Below are positions 12,271-24,525 of a DNA stretch of 64,000 nucleotides, in pieces. Location: assembly GCF_018977255.1 (NCBI RefSeq), contig NW_024704742.1:79424001-79488000 (forward strand), written 5' to 3'. This DNA comes from Callorhinchus milii (lineage: Eukaryota). A program made the position numbers and the translations under genes. Under the pieces are notes generated by a model. It was not told the origin of the DNA. It was given only the letters and a program-made list of their open reading frames with translations, and did not search any database. Position 1 is the first letter of the stretch; every line of letters begins with the position of its first letter.

Positions 12271-13014
12271 GTAATATGAGACAGGGAGAAAGAAACTTCC
12301 AGTGTGTATATCACATCAGATTCACTTATTCTGGATGGCTCAACGGGTTAACCTAATTTTTCTGTGTTCTGACCTATTAGGCTCAGTGTGGAGAATTCTG
12401 CTCTGCATGATGATGATGTGATTAGTGACTAACTTCTGATCACACTGGGGAGAATCTTTTAAGTGCACGAGGAAATAGTATCGTCAATCAGTGCCAACCA
12501 TACTCCTCTGGCATCCAATGCAATTCTTATTAGCAGTATGTTAGCCTAGACACTGCACAGTGCTTTGCTCGTCCTGCTCTCTCTTTCCGACAAGTACTGA
12601 ATTTATCAGCAGATGGCTGGTCACAAAGGGAATAATCCTTTGCAGCCAGAGCTGCAGGTACACTCACATACAAGCTCAGCAAGCATATTAAGCTCTGCTC
12701 GAACAAATGAATCTTTGTTGCAAGTGTGTCAGTGTGTTTGGTACCGCTGGGGAGGTCCCCAGGTACAACAACAACAACAACAACTTGCATTTATATAGCG
12801 CCCTTCACACAAGGTAGCATCCTGGACGTCTTAAGTTAATGGATGGTGCAGAACTTGCAAAATCAAGAAAAGCCTCTTGTGGCAGTGTTTGTTTGTGGCA
12901 AAAGTTAGAAACCATGTCTGGGACAAAGGTGATTTTGCACTTGCTTTCATTCCCAGAAATGCTCCACTAATGGATTGCTATCCTATATTTATGGTTTCAG
13001 TTAAGTGCAACAAT

Positions 13015-13210
13015 AAAAATAATCCTCATAATAATCCTTGCATTTGATATTCAAATGCCTTTCACATCAATAAGACATATCAAAGCGCTTCACAGTTTAG
13101 ACTCTAAAGTGTATTGACTGTGTATTTTGTAGCAAGCATGTTAGCCAATTTGTTGTGCACAGCAGTGCCCACAAACATCCATGAAGTAAATGACCAATTT
13201 CATTTGGGGG
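13015..13210 (-). mobile_element. Deu-SINE 3' half
   Basis: ataatccttgcatttgatat...gccaatttgttgtgcacagcagtgcccacaaaca...gaccaattt. Confidence 0.8.
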
Positions 13211-13235
13211 ATTGTTGTTCAGGACAGCGGGGAAA

Positions 13236-14045
13236 AACAACAACAAAATTACATTTGTCTAGCCCTTTTCATGTTGAGAGGATGTTCCAAGTTCCTGGAC
13301 TATCAGTGCTTCTCACCTAAGCTGGCGATTGGGATTGGGGAGGGTGGAGGGCAGGGGGGGAAGCAGGGTTATCGAAAGCACGGTTGAAGAGGAGGGCCTT
13401 GAGATGGGTCTTGAAGAAAGCAAGGGAGGGGCCGAGGTGGACGGACTGCGGGATAGAGTTCCAGAGGGTAGGGGTAGAGTGGAAGAAGGCCCACCCGCAA
13501 ATAGTGGGGTGAGCGAGGCGGGGGACGTGAAGCAGGCCGGAGCCTGCTGAGCAGAGGGAATGGGCAGGTTGGTAGGGGATTAGGGGGTCGCAGAGGAACG
13601 GGGGAGCAAGGCCATGGGGGGCTTTGAAGGTGAGGACCTGGATCTTGAACTGTATGCTCTGTGTCATGGGAAGCCAGTGGAGGCGGGTGAGGATGGGGGT
13701 GATAGGGTCATGGAGCTTATTGCAGGATGAGGACACGAGCTGCAGAGTTCTGGATGAACTGCAGCCTATGGAGGGAGGAATTGGGGAGGCTGTCAAGCAA
13801 TGAGTTTGCATAGTCAAGCCTCGATGTAATGAAAGTGTGTATGAGGGTTTCGTTGGCCTGCCGTGTGAGACAGTGGTGGAGCCGGGCGATGTTCCGGAGG
13901 TGGGGGAAGGCAGACCGGGTCATGGCATGGATGTGGAGAAGAAAGAATAGTTGATCAAACAAGACGTCAAGGTTCTGGACTGGCTTAGTAAGTTGGAATG
14001 TGCATCCATGGTGATGCTATCAGTGTCAAGGGAAGACCGGTCTCT
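13236..14045 (-). mobile_element. L2 LINE 3' ~800 bp
   Basis: Minus ORFs 13717-13962 (HLRNIARL...FITSRLDYANSLL...LQFIQNSAAR) and 13317-13817 (ITPILTRLHWLP...FKTHLKALLF); (caa)n tail at ~13240. Confidence 0.93.
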
Positions 14046-15239
14046 GTAGTTTCTCCTTTGCAGGGCAACTAGTAAGGATTGCTTGTATCCCTTGCCCCTA
14101 TATTCACTGCCTGACGTTTCAATGCTCCAAGTTACTTTCCTGCATGAAGGGCGCAATGTAAAAGCTGTTGTTATTACTAATTATAATATTGAGTTAGGAA
14201 GAATAAAAACTGAATCCACAGTACTGTTAAACTATTTGTGTTGTCTCCTTGGTGAGTCTCTCGCCAAACCGCAGTGGTCTTGTAGTGGCACAAGTATGCT
14301 TCTGTGTAAACTTCAAGTGTCACACTGGCATGATTTCAACACCATCAAATCTGAAATTTTGTTCCACCGACAGGTGCAGTTCTGATATCATCAAACATCT
14401 CATTCTCCTTTTACCAGACTGGCTTCACCAATGCCCCATTTTACAGTATGAAATACTAGATACAGTTCAGAATTGAATAACGAAACAGAACTGTTGAAAG
14501 CAAAATAGGATAAAAGTGGGTTTGTGTGCAATTGTGTAAGTGTGTTTTTGTGCATGTGTGTATATGAGAGCAGAGAGCTTACTGGCAGTTTAAGTGGCTA
14601 AGCATTTAACTTTATATCAGAAGGCCATAAGGTCAGTTCCCAATTGCCTGGCACTTGATCTTGCTTGCTTCAGTTGGATACGTTTAAATCGTTTTTTACA
14701 GCTAAGAGATAGAGCACTGGACGGATGCAAGAAGCTTCATCTTCTGGAGGGAGAGTGGAGAGCAGAATAAGTAAGAACTATCAGAATTTGGTTCACAACA
14801 GTTCAATGTGATTCAGGAGCTCTACGCTTATAATCCTCTCAGCTGCAGAATAGTGGAAAGCAGCATTCAAGGCAAGAATGTAAAAGTGGTTCACTTCTTA
14901 TAGATTACATGTTTCAGCAATGAATTAAAATGAGTCAGATTGCCTTATGAATCTTTAGCTACATAGATTCACATTGTTGGGGATGTGAATCTGGGCCCTA
15001 GTCAGTTTTAATAAATAGTTCCAAATCTGAACAGAGCGTTATGATTGTAATGTCTCTGATATGACTGCAATATTCATTTTAAGAATGCACCATAATAATA
15101 ATAATAATAATAATAATCCTTGCATTTGATATAGCGCTTTTCACGTCGGATGGGTGGATATATACTTGTAATCTTGCTTACAAATTCCACAGTGCTAACC
15201 CAACTGGTGTATTGCACATAGCTTTAGTTATTGTAACGT

Positions 15240-16640
15240 GTCCTAAAGGCAGTGCAGAGGACAGCAATGAGGAGGAGATACAGTATTAGAGAAATGAGCT
15301 ATAGGAACAATTCAATAAGCTATGGTTCAACAGCTATGAAAAGTCGCATGTCAGACAAGACTTGATAGACGTAAATAAACTGCTAAATGCAATTAAGAAA
15401 ATGAAGCCAGAACAATACTCAGGAACAGGTTCTAGGTTATGAAAGTAATTTCAGGATAGACTCCATGAAGACTCCATGAACTTTACACAGAGGATAAGAG
15501 GTAACCAGGAAGGGTGCTTGAGGTGTGGACTAATATATTAAAACATGTTGATGTGGTGATTCAGCAACAGGAAGGTGGGTATTATATAGAGAGTTTTATA
15601 TTCAAATTTGCAGATTACCCAAAGTTAAGAATCACACAGAAAGTTGAGCAGGAATTTGCAAAGGGACTTAAGACAGACTGAGTGAGTGGGCAAAACTGTG
15701 GGGATCATCCATTATGGATCCAAAAAAGACAATACAGAATATTTTCTTAATAAGAGAAACTAAGAACTGTGGAGGAGCAAGGGGATTTGGGTGTCTACGT
15801 ACACAAATACAAACTAGTTCACAAGTACAAAAAGTAGTCAAAAAAGCTAATGCTGAAGGGTGCTGGAATACAAAGGTGAGGAAATGATACATTAGTGTTC
15901 AGTTTGTGGCACCACACCTCAAGAAAGGTATATTGGGTCCAAAGTGATAGGAATATAGGAACAGGAGTAGGCCATTCAGCCCGTCGATTCTGTTCCGCCA
16001 TTTAATTATATCATGGCCGATCTATTTCTTTACTAGAATTTCAAATCCAATTTCCCGATTTCTCCCCATATCCCTTAATACCCTGACCTACCAAAAATCT
16101 GTCAATCTCTTTCCTGAAGGTGTTACAGATGATACCAGGTCTTAATGGGTTAAATCATGAGAACAGGTTCCATAAACTTGGTCTAAATTCAGTTTAGAAG
16201 GTTGACGGGTGATCTGACTGAGGTGTTTAAATTGATAAAGTGATTCAATAGGGTAGCTTTAGAGAAACTATTTCCTCTGGTGGGGGAATTCAGAACAAGG
16301 GGGCATAATCTCAAAATTAGAGCTAGGCTATTTCAGAGTGAAATCAGGAAGCATTTTTTCACACAAAGGGTAGTAGAAATCTGGAGCTCTCTCCCCCAAA
16401 AGTCTGTGGATGCTGGAATCAGTCACATTTTCAAGACTGAGATGGATTGTTATTTGTTAGGTAAGGGTATCAAGGGATATGGGGCAAAAGCAGGTGATTT
16501 GAGTTGCGGTACAGATCAGCCATGATCTAATAGCATGGTGGAACAAGCTCGAGGGGCTGAATGGCCTACTCCTGTTCCCATGTTTCTATGTGTTCTGGAA
16601 GGATAAGATCAACTGGACCAAAGGGCTTTTTTCATCATAC
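15240..16640 (+). mobile_element. Cluster of nested CR1 fragments (old subfamily split by a second CR1)
   Basis: caaatttgcagattacccaaag (decayed KFADDTK); ORF 16280-16525 RTRGHNLKIRAR...FFTQRVVEIWSSLP; 3' end gggctgaatggcctactcctgttccc. Confidence 0.85.
15948..16118 (-). mobile_element. CR1 3'UTR fragment inserted antisense into the plus-strand CR1
   Basis: ataggaatataggaacaggagtaggccattcagccc is the reverse complement of 16555-16590. Confidence 0.85.
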
Positions 16641-17517
16641 CTCTTTTTTTAGTTCTGTGAGTTTGTGGGGACATCAATGCCTGAGCTTGTGATATTGTCA
16701 AGACAAACATTTTTACCATATGCCAAATTTTGGATTTTCAGGAATTAAAAAAATGAATAGATTATACCTATTTTGAGAATGAATGCTTATTGATTGCTTG
16801 CCCCTCTTGTCTTCAACTCACCCCTGAAGTCTTTTGTCTTTGACTGTGCTACAAGCACTCTCTCTTTTTCCCTAGTTTGGCATCAAACTAAACAATTTTT
16901 CCGTATTCCAAGATGCTAACCTGCACTGAGCACTATATAAATGCAAGCTGCTATTCTTAATGATAATGATCTATAAAACTGTCATTGCCTTGGGATGTCT
17001 TCCCTATGTGAATGGTGCTATGTAAATACACTTTGTTGTTGTTGTCAAATTAGTAGCCGTTACGTCATGTGCAATGTTTCTCTACCAGTCATCTGTATTT
17101 CACTGCTTCACTGACTTTGAAATAATTGTTCTCTTTGAAGAACATTTTGACCCAAGAATCTTTCAATATTGAAGAGATGATATAAATGTCTGTAAATTAA
17201 AAACCTCTCCTTTTCTTGACCGATAACATAATACAGTACAATTCCTATGTAACAACAGGTTTTTTCTCCAGTGAAAAATGGTTTATAAAACAGTTCAAAA
17301 TGTTCTTGGAATCTGAACTGATTTTCTATGTGGTTCAAGTATATATGTTTTCTATTTTCCATAAATTATTTTATTTTGCTATCTGATAAGAAATCTGAAA
17401 CTAATTTTTCCTCAGATTATGATAAAATCCTTTCCAAGCAAATCAGTAGAAAAATGAAAATGCGTGACTTATGCCCCTCTGTGGTACATTACTGCTATTG
17501 CAACAGTAGCCAAAGTA

Positions 17518-17635
17518 AATAATAATAATAATAATTCTTGTATTTGATATAGTCCTTATCATGTCTTCAACACATTACAAAGCGCTTCACGGGATATACT
17601 GTAAAATAAATTGATTATATTTTGTGGGCGAAACA
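17518..17635 (-). mobile_element. Deu-SINE 3' tail
   Basis: (aat)n-tcttgtatttgatatag...gcgcttcac...tttgtgggcgaaac. Confidence 0.8.
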
Positions 17636-17732
17636 CCCATAAAGATTAAGAACCTCTTTCTAATCATGTCGTTCAATAACTACTGTATCTATATTTGGTA
17701 AATTAAACTTTTGCAACAATCTCGAATTTGAT

Positions 17733-18175
17733 GTCAGCCTGGCTCAATCGCTGGCACTCTCAGCTCTGAGTTAGAAGGTTGTGAGTTCAAGCCCCTAATC
17801 AGTACTTTGAACCCATATAAAGTCTATGATGACACTCCAATACAATGCTGGGGGTATGTCGCATTCTTGGAAGTGCAATCCTTTGAATGAGAAACTAACC
17901 GAAGCCTTGTGTGCCTTTTTAGGTGGACGTTAAAGATCCCATAGTATTATTTACAAAGAGAAAGGAGTTTCTCTCATTGTCCTGTTCAACAATGCCCTCC
18001 AATAATAATATGATTGGCCATGGCTGTTTGAGAGACATTGCTGTGCACAAATTGACTGCTGTATTTCCCAAGAAAAAATAAACAATTACTAGACTTCATA
18101 ATGAATCCAGCGAAGCTCTTTGAGGCGTTCTCTTGATGTGAAAGGCACTATATCAAACACAAGGATTCTTCTTAT
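17733..18175 (+). mobile_element. Full-length older Deu-domain SINE (SacSINE1-like)
   Basis: tRNA-like head (tggctcaatcgctgg A box; gttcaagccc B box), central ggtggacgttaaagatccc, L2-like tail gtgaaaggcactatatc. Confidence 0.88.
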
Positions 18176-18769
18176 CAATAATAGTATTTTAACAATACTT
18201 AAAAGTTACGACCATTGTGTTTGTGTGTATTTTTTAATTACCTACACACTTAGATCAAGCAAGGAATTCTTTCAGCTTGTTGGTTATTTTGAGAGAATCA
18301 AGTTCTGAACCAAGAGCAGGACTGAGAATTTCATTTGCAAGCTGACCTGCAACAAGTTGCTCTCTGGCTTTGGTGAGGTTTAAAAACAAAACATCTCACA
18401 GGTTTAAGAAGAATATTGCTGCTCTTATACCTCCATTTCTGAGTCTCCTGGTTACCGATATTTTAGAATCTATTCAAACTCTTCCATTATCTAATTCTTC
18501 ATCATTATTCTACAGTTTAACTTTATGTTTCTTTGGGATTAATTTTTGTCTGTCTAACCTTCAAAATGATAAGCGTTTGGGAGTTTAAAAATTAAATTCA
18601 GAAGAGTTCATAAAGTCTTATTTAAGAAGTAGCCCTGAGCCATTTGTAAAATGTCAAAATGTCAATTGTCTCCTTGTCGATAAATAGCTTTCAGGTAGTG
18701 TCATTCTAAACACTGGTTCGATTACTTATGATATATGTCAACTGTCAGTCAACTAGCGATTAAAGTGTC

Positions 18770-19175
18770 CGCTCATTTGGTAGCACTCTCGTGTGTGAGT
18801 CAGAGGTTGTCAGTTCAAACCCCATGTTGGGACTTGGAATGCATATAGTGTAAGCTGACACTCCGTGCAGTACTGGTGTGCAGTGTGTTACATTGTCAGA
18901 GGTGCCGTCCTTTGGATGAGGCATTAACCTGAGGACCTGTCTTCCTGTTCAGGTGGACGTTAAAGATCCCAGGGCGCTATTCGAAAGGAGAATGGAGTTT
19001 CTCCCAATATCCTGGCTATCCCACGAGTAAAATTGGTCGCTCACTTCATGGCTGTTTGTGGGACATTGTTGTACACAAAATATATTGTTATTCGACTTTA
19101 CAGTATAATATGCAAAGAGCTTCATGATTTCCTCCATGTGTGAAAGGCGCTATACCAAAATGCAAGAATATTATT
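18770..19175 (+). mobile_element. Full-length older Deu-domain SINE
   Basis: gctcatttggtagcactctcg...gttcaaaccc...ggtgccgtcctttggatgag...caggtggacgttaaagatccc...gtgaaaggcgctata. Confidence 0.9.
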
Positions 19176-19769
19176 AGAACTGTATTATCACTGTGCAGCG
19201 TTTATAGCCGCAGTAAGGGCCATTAACTGCATGGAGCATTTTGGAGTATATTTGCTGTGATATGCATTGCAAGCACAATAAAAAGGGCCTAAAAAAACAG
19301 AATAAAACTCAGTCAACTTCAGCATATTAAAAATAAAGGTCACAGGGGAAGAATCTCAAAGTTATGATCTAATTTCAATGTCGGGATCACGGTTATAAAC
19401 CGCTTCATATTTGTGATTTACAATGTCATCAAAATCCTGAGATGAGATCACAGACTTGTAATAACTCTGAGGTATCTGTTATTTCCCATATAATAGACAC
19501 AAAGTAGTGAATATCGCATTCTGACTGATAGTGTAAAAACAAATAAACTTTGTAAATTGCCATCACCTAGCCCTGAGACTCATAAAATATAATTTGCTTG
19601 TATCACAAGACACGTGGTAATCTGCACCTATAAACATTTTGTTTCACTACAAACAGCTAGAGAAACTCCAAACCCCAGTATTTTGTGGACTGAATGAAAG
19701 AATAACAAATCTCTGTATATTTCATCTAAAGACAGAAAGACAACAAAAGATTTGTTCAAGAGCTGGCAT

Positions 19770-20152
19770 ATATCAGTTGGTCACCTGTGAGCCAAAAGGT
19801 TGTGGGTTCAAGCCCTACTTTGGGATTTGGACCTCATATACTCTAAGGCTAAGCTGATACTCTAATGCAGTGCGGCATTGCTTTCCTTCAGATAAGCTGT
19901 TAAACCGAAGCCCTGTCTGCCTGTTCAGTTTGATATTAAAGATCTCAGAGCACCATTCGAATAGAGGAGAATCTCCTGATGTCCTGGCCAACATTCCCTC
20001 ATTTTGGCTGTTTGTGGGACATTGCTGTGTACAAATTGGCTGTCACATTTCACGCAGTAATTGCCCTTTACTGTATATCCTGTGAAGCACTTTGAGACTT
20101 CCTCCTATGTGAACGGCACGATATCCAATGTAACGATTATAATTATTATTAT
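19770..20152 (+). mobile_element. Older Deu-domain SINE
   Basis: ggttgtgggttcaagccc...gttaaaccgaagccctgtctgcc...tgtttgtgggacattgctgtg...tail. Confidence 0.85.
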
Positions 20153-21539
20153 GTGTAAAAAACAGGTTTCATCATTGACTATAAGTTGACTTCAGCAGGT
20201 ATTATTATTCAGGTAGGAGGGCAAGAGAAAGCAAACCTGAAAGTATATTTTGTTCCAAAATACAAAGTGGTGCGTTATGCACCAGCTGACTTTTTAAAAT
20301 CATGATATAATCGAAAGGACTATAAAAACGATTAAGAATGAATGAAATACGAGTCTGCCCCTGTGGTGACCGTCTGCTTTATTCAAGAGCGCCGGCTGGG
20401 TGTGTCGCAGGGTTTGAAATTCAATTTTAAAAATTGAACAGAGGCTTTGTTTGTAATGCGATCACAGGCTTGGACCAGCAGCGTAAATATAATTAGTGCA
20501 GCGGTTTGCCTCTTCCCTTTCTACTTCAATTATTAAAATAAGATGTATTGAGCAACAAACATTAGCTGCAATAAAGGCTCCAGACTTGCAACTCTTCCAG
20601 AAATGTATTGCAATACTGCTGTAATCAATAGAGGCATCTCACTAAGACCTTAATCATCCATTTGGCTCCTAGCATTAGAACTACAAGCTGTGCAATTCTG
20701 TGCTATTCTGTGTCAGCTTATTTGCTGCTTATTTTTTAAAAGGCAGAACTCATGTATACATTGAATGTCAAAATAAACGACAATGAAAGTTTCAAGGGTA
20801 AATGTTGGGAAGCATAAATATTTCACTGGGGGGAACTGTTGGTTGCTCTGAGATCTAAAAGCATTTCAAAAAGATGGCAAGAGATTTTATTTTCTCTTAC
20901 AGTAATTATGTCCCTGTAGGAATATAATGGCAGGAAGCATTGACATTGGGGAGGGAAGCCATATTTCCTTAATATATAATAATGACGATAGGAAACATGA
21001 TGCAGCCTTGACTAGAGCATTGGGACACAAGAAGGATATGAGGAAATAGTTCAGAAGAACGCACAATTTGGTCTTACTGGAATAATTTCAGTCAATGTAC
21101 AATTTGATACGATTTAAAGATCAGCATTTGATATTATCACCAGTGATAATTATCACATCATTTTTTAAAAAAAGCAGTCAGAAGTGTTCATTTCACATTC
21201 ATTGTCCCGACTTGAAAGACGCTGTATAAATGTAAATTTACATTGTATTGTAATTTGTATTCACATCATGCTATCAGGAATGGCCAAAAGTTGCCAACTT
21301 TCATCCACCAGCTAATAATGGGCTCCACTTAATGTCCTCCCTATGAAAATTGAGACACGTCACAGGATCAAAGAGATTCAGATGAAGAAAGCTCTTCAGC
21401 CTCTTTGATCTCTTCCATCCAGAATACCCAGCCTAACATCCTTTTTTGTGTTAGAATAGTGTACTTTTGCTTTTTCTAACATCCAGAAGATCCAGCTTTT
21501 GCAAAATTCCACCGCCTGTATCCTCATTCACACCAACTC

Positions 21540-21940
21540 CACACACTCATCACCCCAATCCTCACCAGGCTCTCCTGGACCCCAAACAGTCTGATTTCAA
21601 GATCCTCACCATCATAATCAAATGTGTTAGCACCTCCCTACTTCTCTGACTTGTTCATATCCACTCTCTGCCCCTCACCTTCACTGAGCTCACACAGACC
21701 TGCCCCTGGCCTCACCAAGCCACCATCAATTGTCACGTATTTAGCCACTATGGTCTTAATCTCTATATTTCCCTCCCTCAATTCTTCTGTCTCTCTTATT
21801 CAACCTTCAAATCCCACCTGAAAACCTATCTCTTGGACTATTCCTCCCCCTTCTCCCTTGCTCAGCTATGATCGCTGCCACTGTACTGTATGTCACCTTA
21901 CATGAAAGACAATATATACGTGCAAGTTTTTGATGTTGTT
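21540..21940 (+). mobile_element. Decayed L2 3' fragment
   Basis: catcaccccaatcctc...ttcaagatcctcacc...ttcaaatcccacctgaaaacctatctctt...tgttgtt. Confidence 0.7.
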
Positions 21941-22436
21941 CTGAGTCATAGTTTCCAATAATGGACCCGACAAATGAGATGAAGGTCTGTAAAGAATTCC
22001 CTCGGAAATGTGCTAAAATAATCTGTATGTAATTTAGTAGTAATCTTGCCTTTCCTTTTACCGTGCCAATCGGGTTTCCATAATTCAACACTAATGTGTA
22101 TTCATCTCACTCTGGAAGATCAGAGAGAATGTAAGCACATAAGAAACTTTGTTCTGAGATGGGAGTTGAAGTTTCTTGTTTTGATAATAAATAAGGATCT
22201 GCATTCTTCTTATCAGTGCACACTTCGCCTGAGATCACAATGTTGCATTCCCAGTTTTGCTATTCATCTCCTTGATAAATAATACTGCAAAAGAATAATA
22301 ATTGAATGAAACTGCAATGCTTCATTTAATTGTAATACAATGTCATAAAAATCTCTAAATGTTGGCACGATGCAACAATCAAAGTTGTGTTTCTATTCAT
22401 TGTGCACTTCTAAATGCACGAGGCTGACACAAAGAT

Positions 22437-22905
22437 ACAACAACAACAACAACAACAAGATTCCATTTATTGAGCGCCTTTCATGTCGGGAGGACGTCCC
22501 AATGCGCTGTACAGTTGGGTCAGGACCCGAGCAGGGGGGAAATGGTCAGGGTGAGGGGAGGGAAGGGAGGGAGCGAGGAGGGGGTAGAGAGTCGAGAGGA
22601 GAGCTGAAGGCATGGTCAAAGAGAAAGGTCTTGAGACTGGCCTTGAAGGAGGAAAGGGAGGAAGCAAGCGAAGGTACTGGGGGATAGAGTTCCAGAGCCT
22701 CGGGGCTGAGAGGCTGAAGGCCCGGCCACCGATGGTAGGGCGGTTGGGGCGGGGGATGTGGAGCAGACCGGAGCCAGAGGAACGGAGGGTACGGGCGGGT
22801 AGGTAGGAGGATAGTAGGTCGGAGAGGTAGGAGGGAGCGAGGCCGTTAATGGCCTTGTAGGTGAGGGTGAGGATCTTGAATTCGAGATGGATATTCTGCT
22901 CCATT
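22437..22905 (-). mobile_element. Young L2 3' fragment with (CAA)n tail
   Basis: Minus ORF 22467-22904 FKILTLTYKAINGLAPSYLSDLLSSYLPARTLRSSGSGLLHIPR...GGRAFSLSAPRLWNSIP; CpGs retained. Confidence 0.95.
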
Positions 22906-23240
22906 CACTAAACATATCCTTCAATGTATGCTTTTAATGGGATTTCTTGTTTCTTTAATGGTGATTCTCTAACTCTTCAGTGATGAGATCAGAATAAATT
23001 TCAAAATGCCTGCTTTGTGTTTCTTCTGTGTTTTTTTCTTATGACTGTTTTTTCAGTATAAGATATCTATGAGTGAGACCTTAAATGATTCCAAATTTCA
23101 GCCTACTTTCAGCGATGCTTAACGGTGGTAAGGAAGGAGAGATAGGAGAAACATGCGTAAAAAGTTAGTTTTTTCATTATTTATTACACTGAGAAGACTA
23201 TGCATGAACCCAGACTGCTCTGAACATTCTTACTGTAGTG

Positions 23241-23880
23241 CAGTGTGGCCAACAGGTGCCACGTGGGCTGCCAGCGGCCCGATGGGTGATTTTATGTGGC
23301 ACATGACCATTTCCAATATTCCAACTTCCACTCCATCCCTCCCTGGTGAATATATTCCCAGGGCAACAGCAGGAGCTGGCGGTGGGAGGACACAGCGCGC
23401 AGACTCTTTACTACAGTCTGTCAGGAAGGCAAGCGTGTCTCTTACCAACCGCAGCCTTAGCAACCTGTGACCTACACTTGGGAGAGAGATTGGGAGAGAG
23501 AGAGGTGGGAGAGAGGTGGTGGGAGAGAGAGGGGGGAGAGACAGGGAGGGAGAGAGACAGGGGAGAGAGAGAGGTGAAGAGAGAGTGGTGGGGAGAGTGG
23601 CGGGAGGTGGAGAGAGGGGGGGGAGTGGGCGAGAGAAGAGAGGGATGGGCACAGACTGCAGTAAAGCCTCTGTGCACTGCCACCTCTCAACTGCCTCTTC
23701 TTGTTGTTCCCCTGGGAGAACGTTCACCAGGGAGGGAGGGAGTGGAAGCTGGAATGTTAGAAATGACCTTGGGCTGGATGTAGCCCGCGAGCCGGCAGTT
23801 GGCCCATGGTATATGCGGCCCATGGACCTTTCTCAAATAGGGAATGCAGCCCACAGTAGCCAAAAGGTTGGACAACCCTG
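23241..23880. mobile_element. Non-autonomous hAT (Charlie-like) DNA transposon, 640 bp
   Basis: Termini cagtgtggccaac / gttggacaaccctg; perfect 8-bp TSD ctgtagtg at 23233-23240 and 23881-23888; internal inverted arms around a GA-rich core. Confidence 0.88.
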
Positions 23881-23928
23881 CTGTAGTGTTTAGCTGTAGA
23901 GTTTCAATATATGTTGTATCTGTGAGTG

Positions 23929-24525
23929 TCAGCATGGCTCAGTTGGTATCACTCTCACCTCTGAGTCAAAGAACATTGTGGGTTCAAGCTCCAGGTTAAT
24001 ATTTGGAACTAATTTAGTCAATGCTGACAATAATAATCCCTCCAAAACCCAAAACAATAATAAATTGGTCATTTTCAATCTATGACTGTTTGTGGGACAT
24101 TGCTGTGCGCAATTGGCTGCCGCGTTCGCCCACAAATATACAGTCAATTCACTTTACAGTGTGTTCTGTGAAGCGCTTTGGGACATCCTCCCGACATGAA
24201 AAGCGCTATATCAAATGCAAGGATTATTATTATTATTATTGCAATGCAGGGCTTGGGGTCTGCTGCAATGTCAGAGGTGCCCTCCTTCAGAGGAGATATT
24301 AAACTGAGGTCCCATCCATCTGCCTGTTGAAATGGATGTTAAAGATCCCAAGGCACTATTCAAATAGGGAAGAGAGTTCCACTTCATGGCTGATTGTGAG
24401 ATATTGTTGTGTGCAAATTGGATGCCGCATTCATGTACAAGAAACTCAGACATTCACTACATTTTATAGGATAAGTGGTCCGCTTGAAGGGCACTATATA
24501 AATGTAAGTTGCTGTTGTTGTTGTA
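23929..24525 (+). mobile_element. Older Deu-domain SINE, split by a younger SINE insertion
   Basis: Head 23929-24029 (tggctcagttggtatcactctc...gggttcaagc); body resumes at 24240 (tgcaatgcaggg...gatgttaaagatccc). Confidence 0.88.
24030..24240 (+). mobile_element. Young SINE, 5'-truncated, nested in the older SINE
   Basis: ataataatccctccaaaa...gcgcaattggctgccgcgttcgcccac...gcgctatatcaaatgcaagg(att)n; close match to 60298-60618. Confidence 0.92.

Noticed and set aside
12405..12447. Box C/D snoRNA (atgatga ... ctga)
   Set aside because: The boxes are only about 30 nt apart, too short for a guide snoRNA; the C-like box lies in a (gat)n run.
18250..18262. Partial antisense match to miR-218 (tgcttgatctaa)
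   Set aside because: Only 12 nt, the seed is mismatched, and there is no hairpin.
20355..20368. CTCF site (tgcccctgtgg)
   Set aside because: Two bases shorter than the CCASYAGRKGGCR core; the spacing does not fit.
23230..23893. Several 100-200 aa ORFs on both strands
   Set aside because: Produced by the stop-poor GA/CT tract and inverted arms of the hAT MITE; no transposase motifs.
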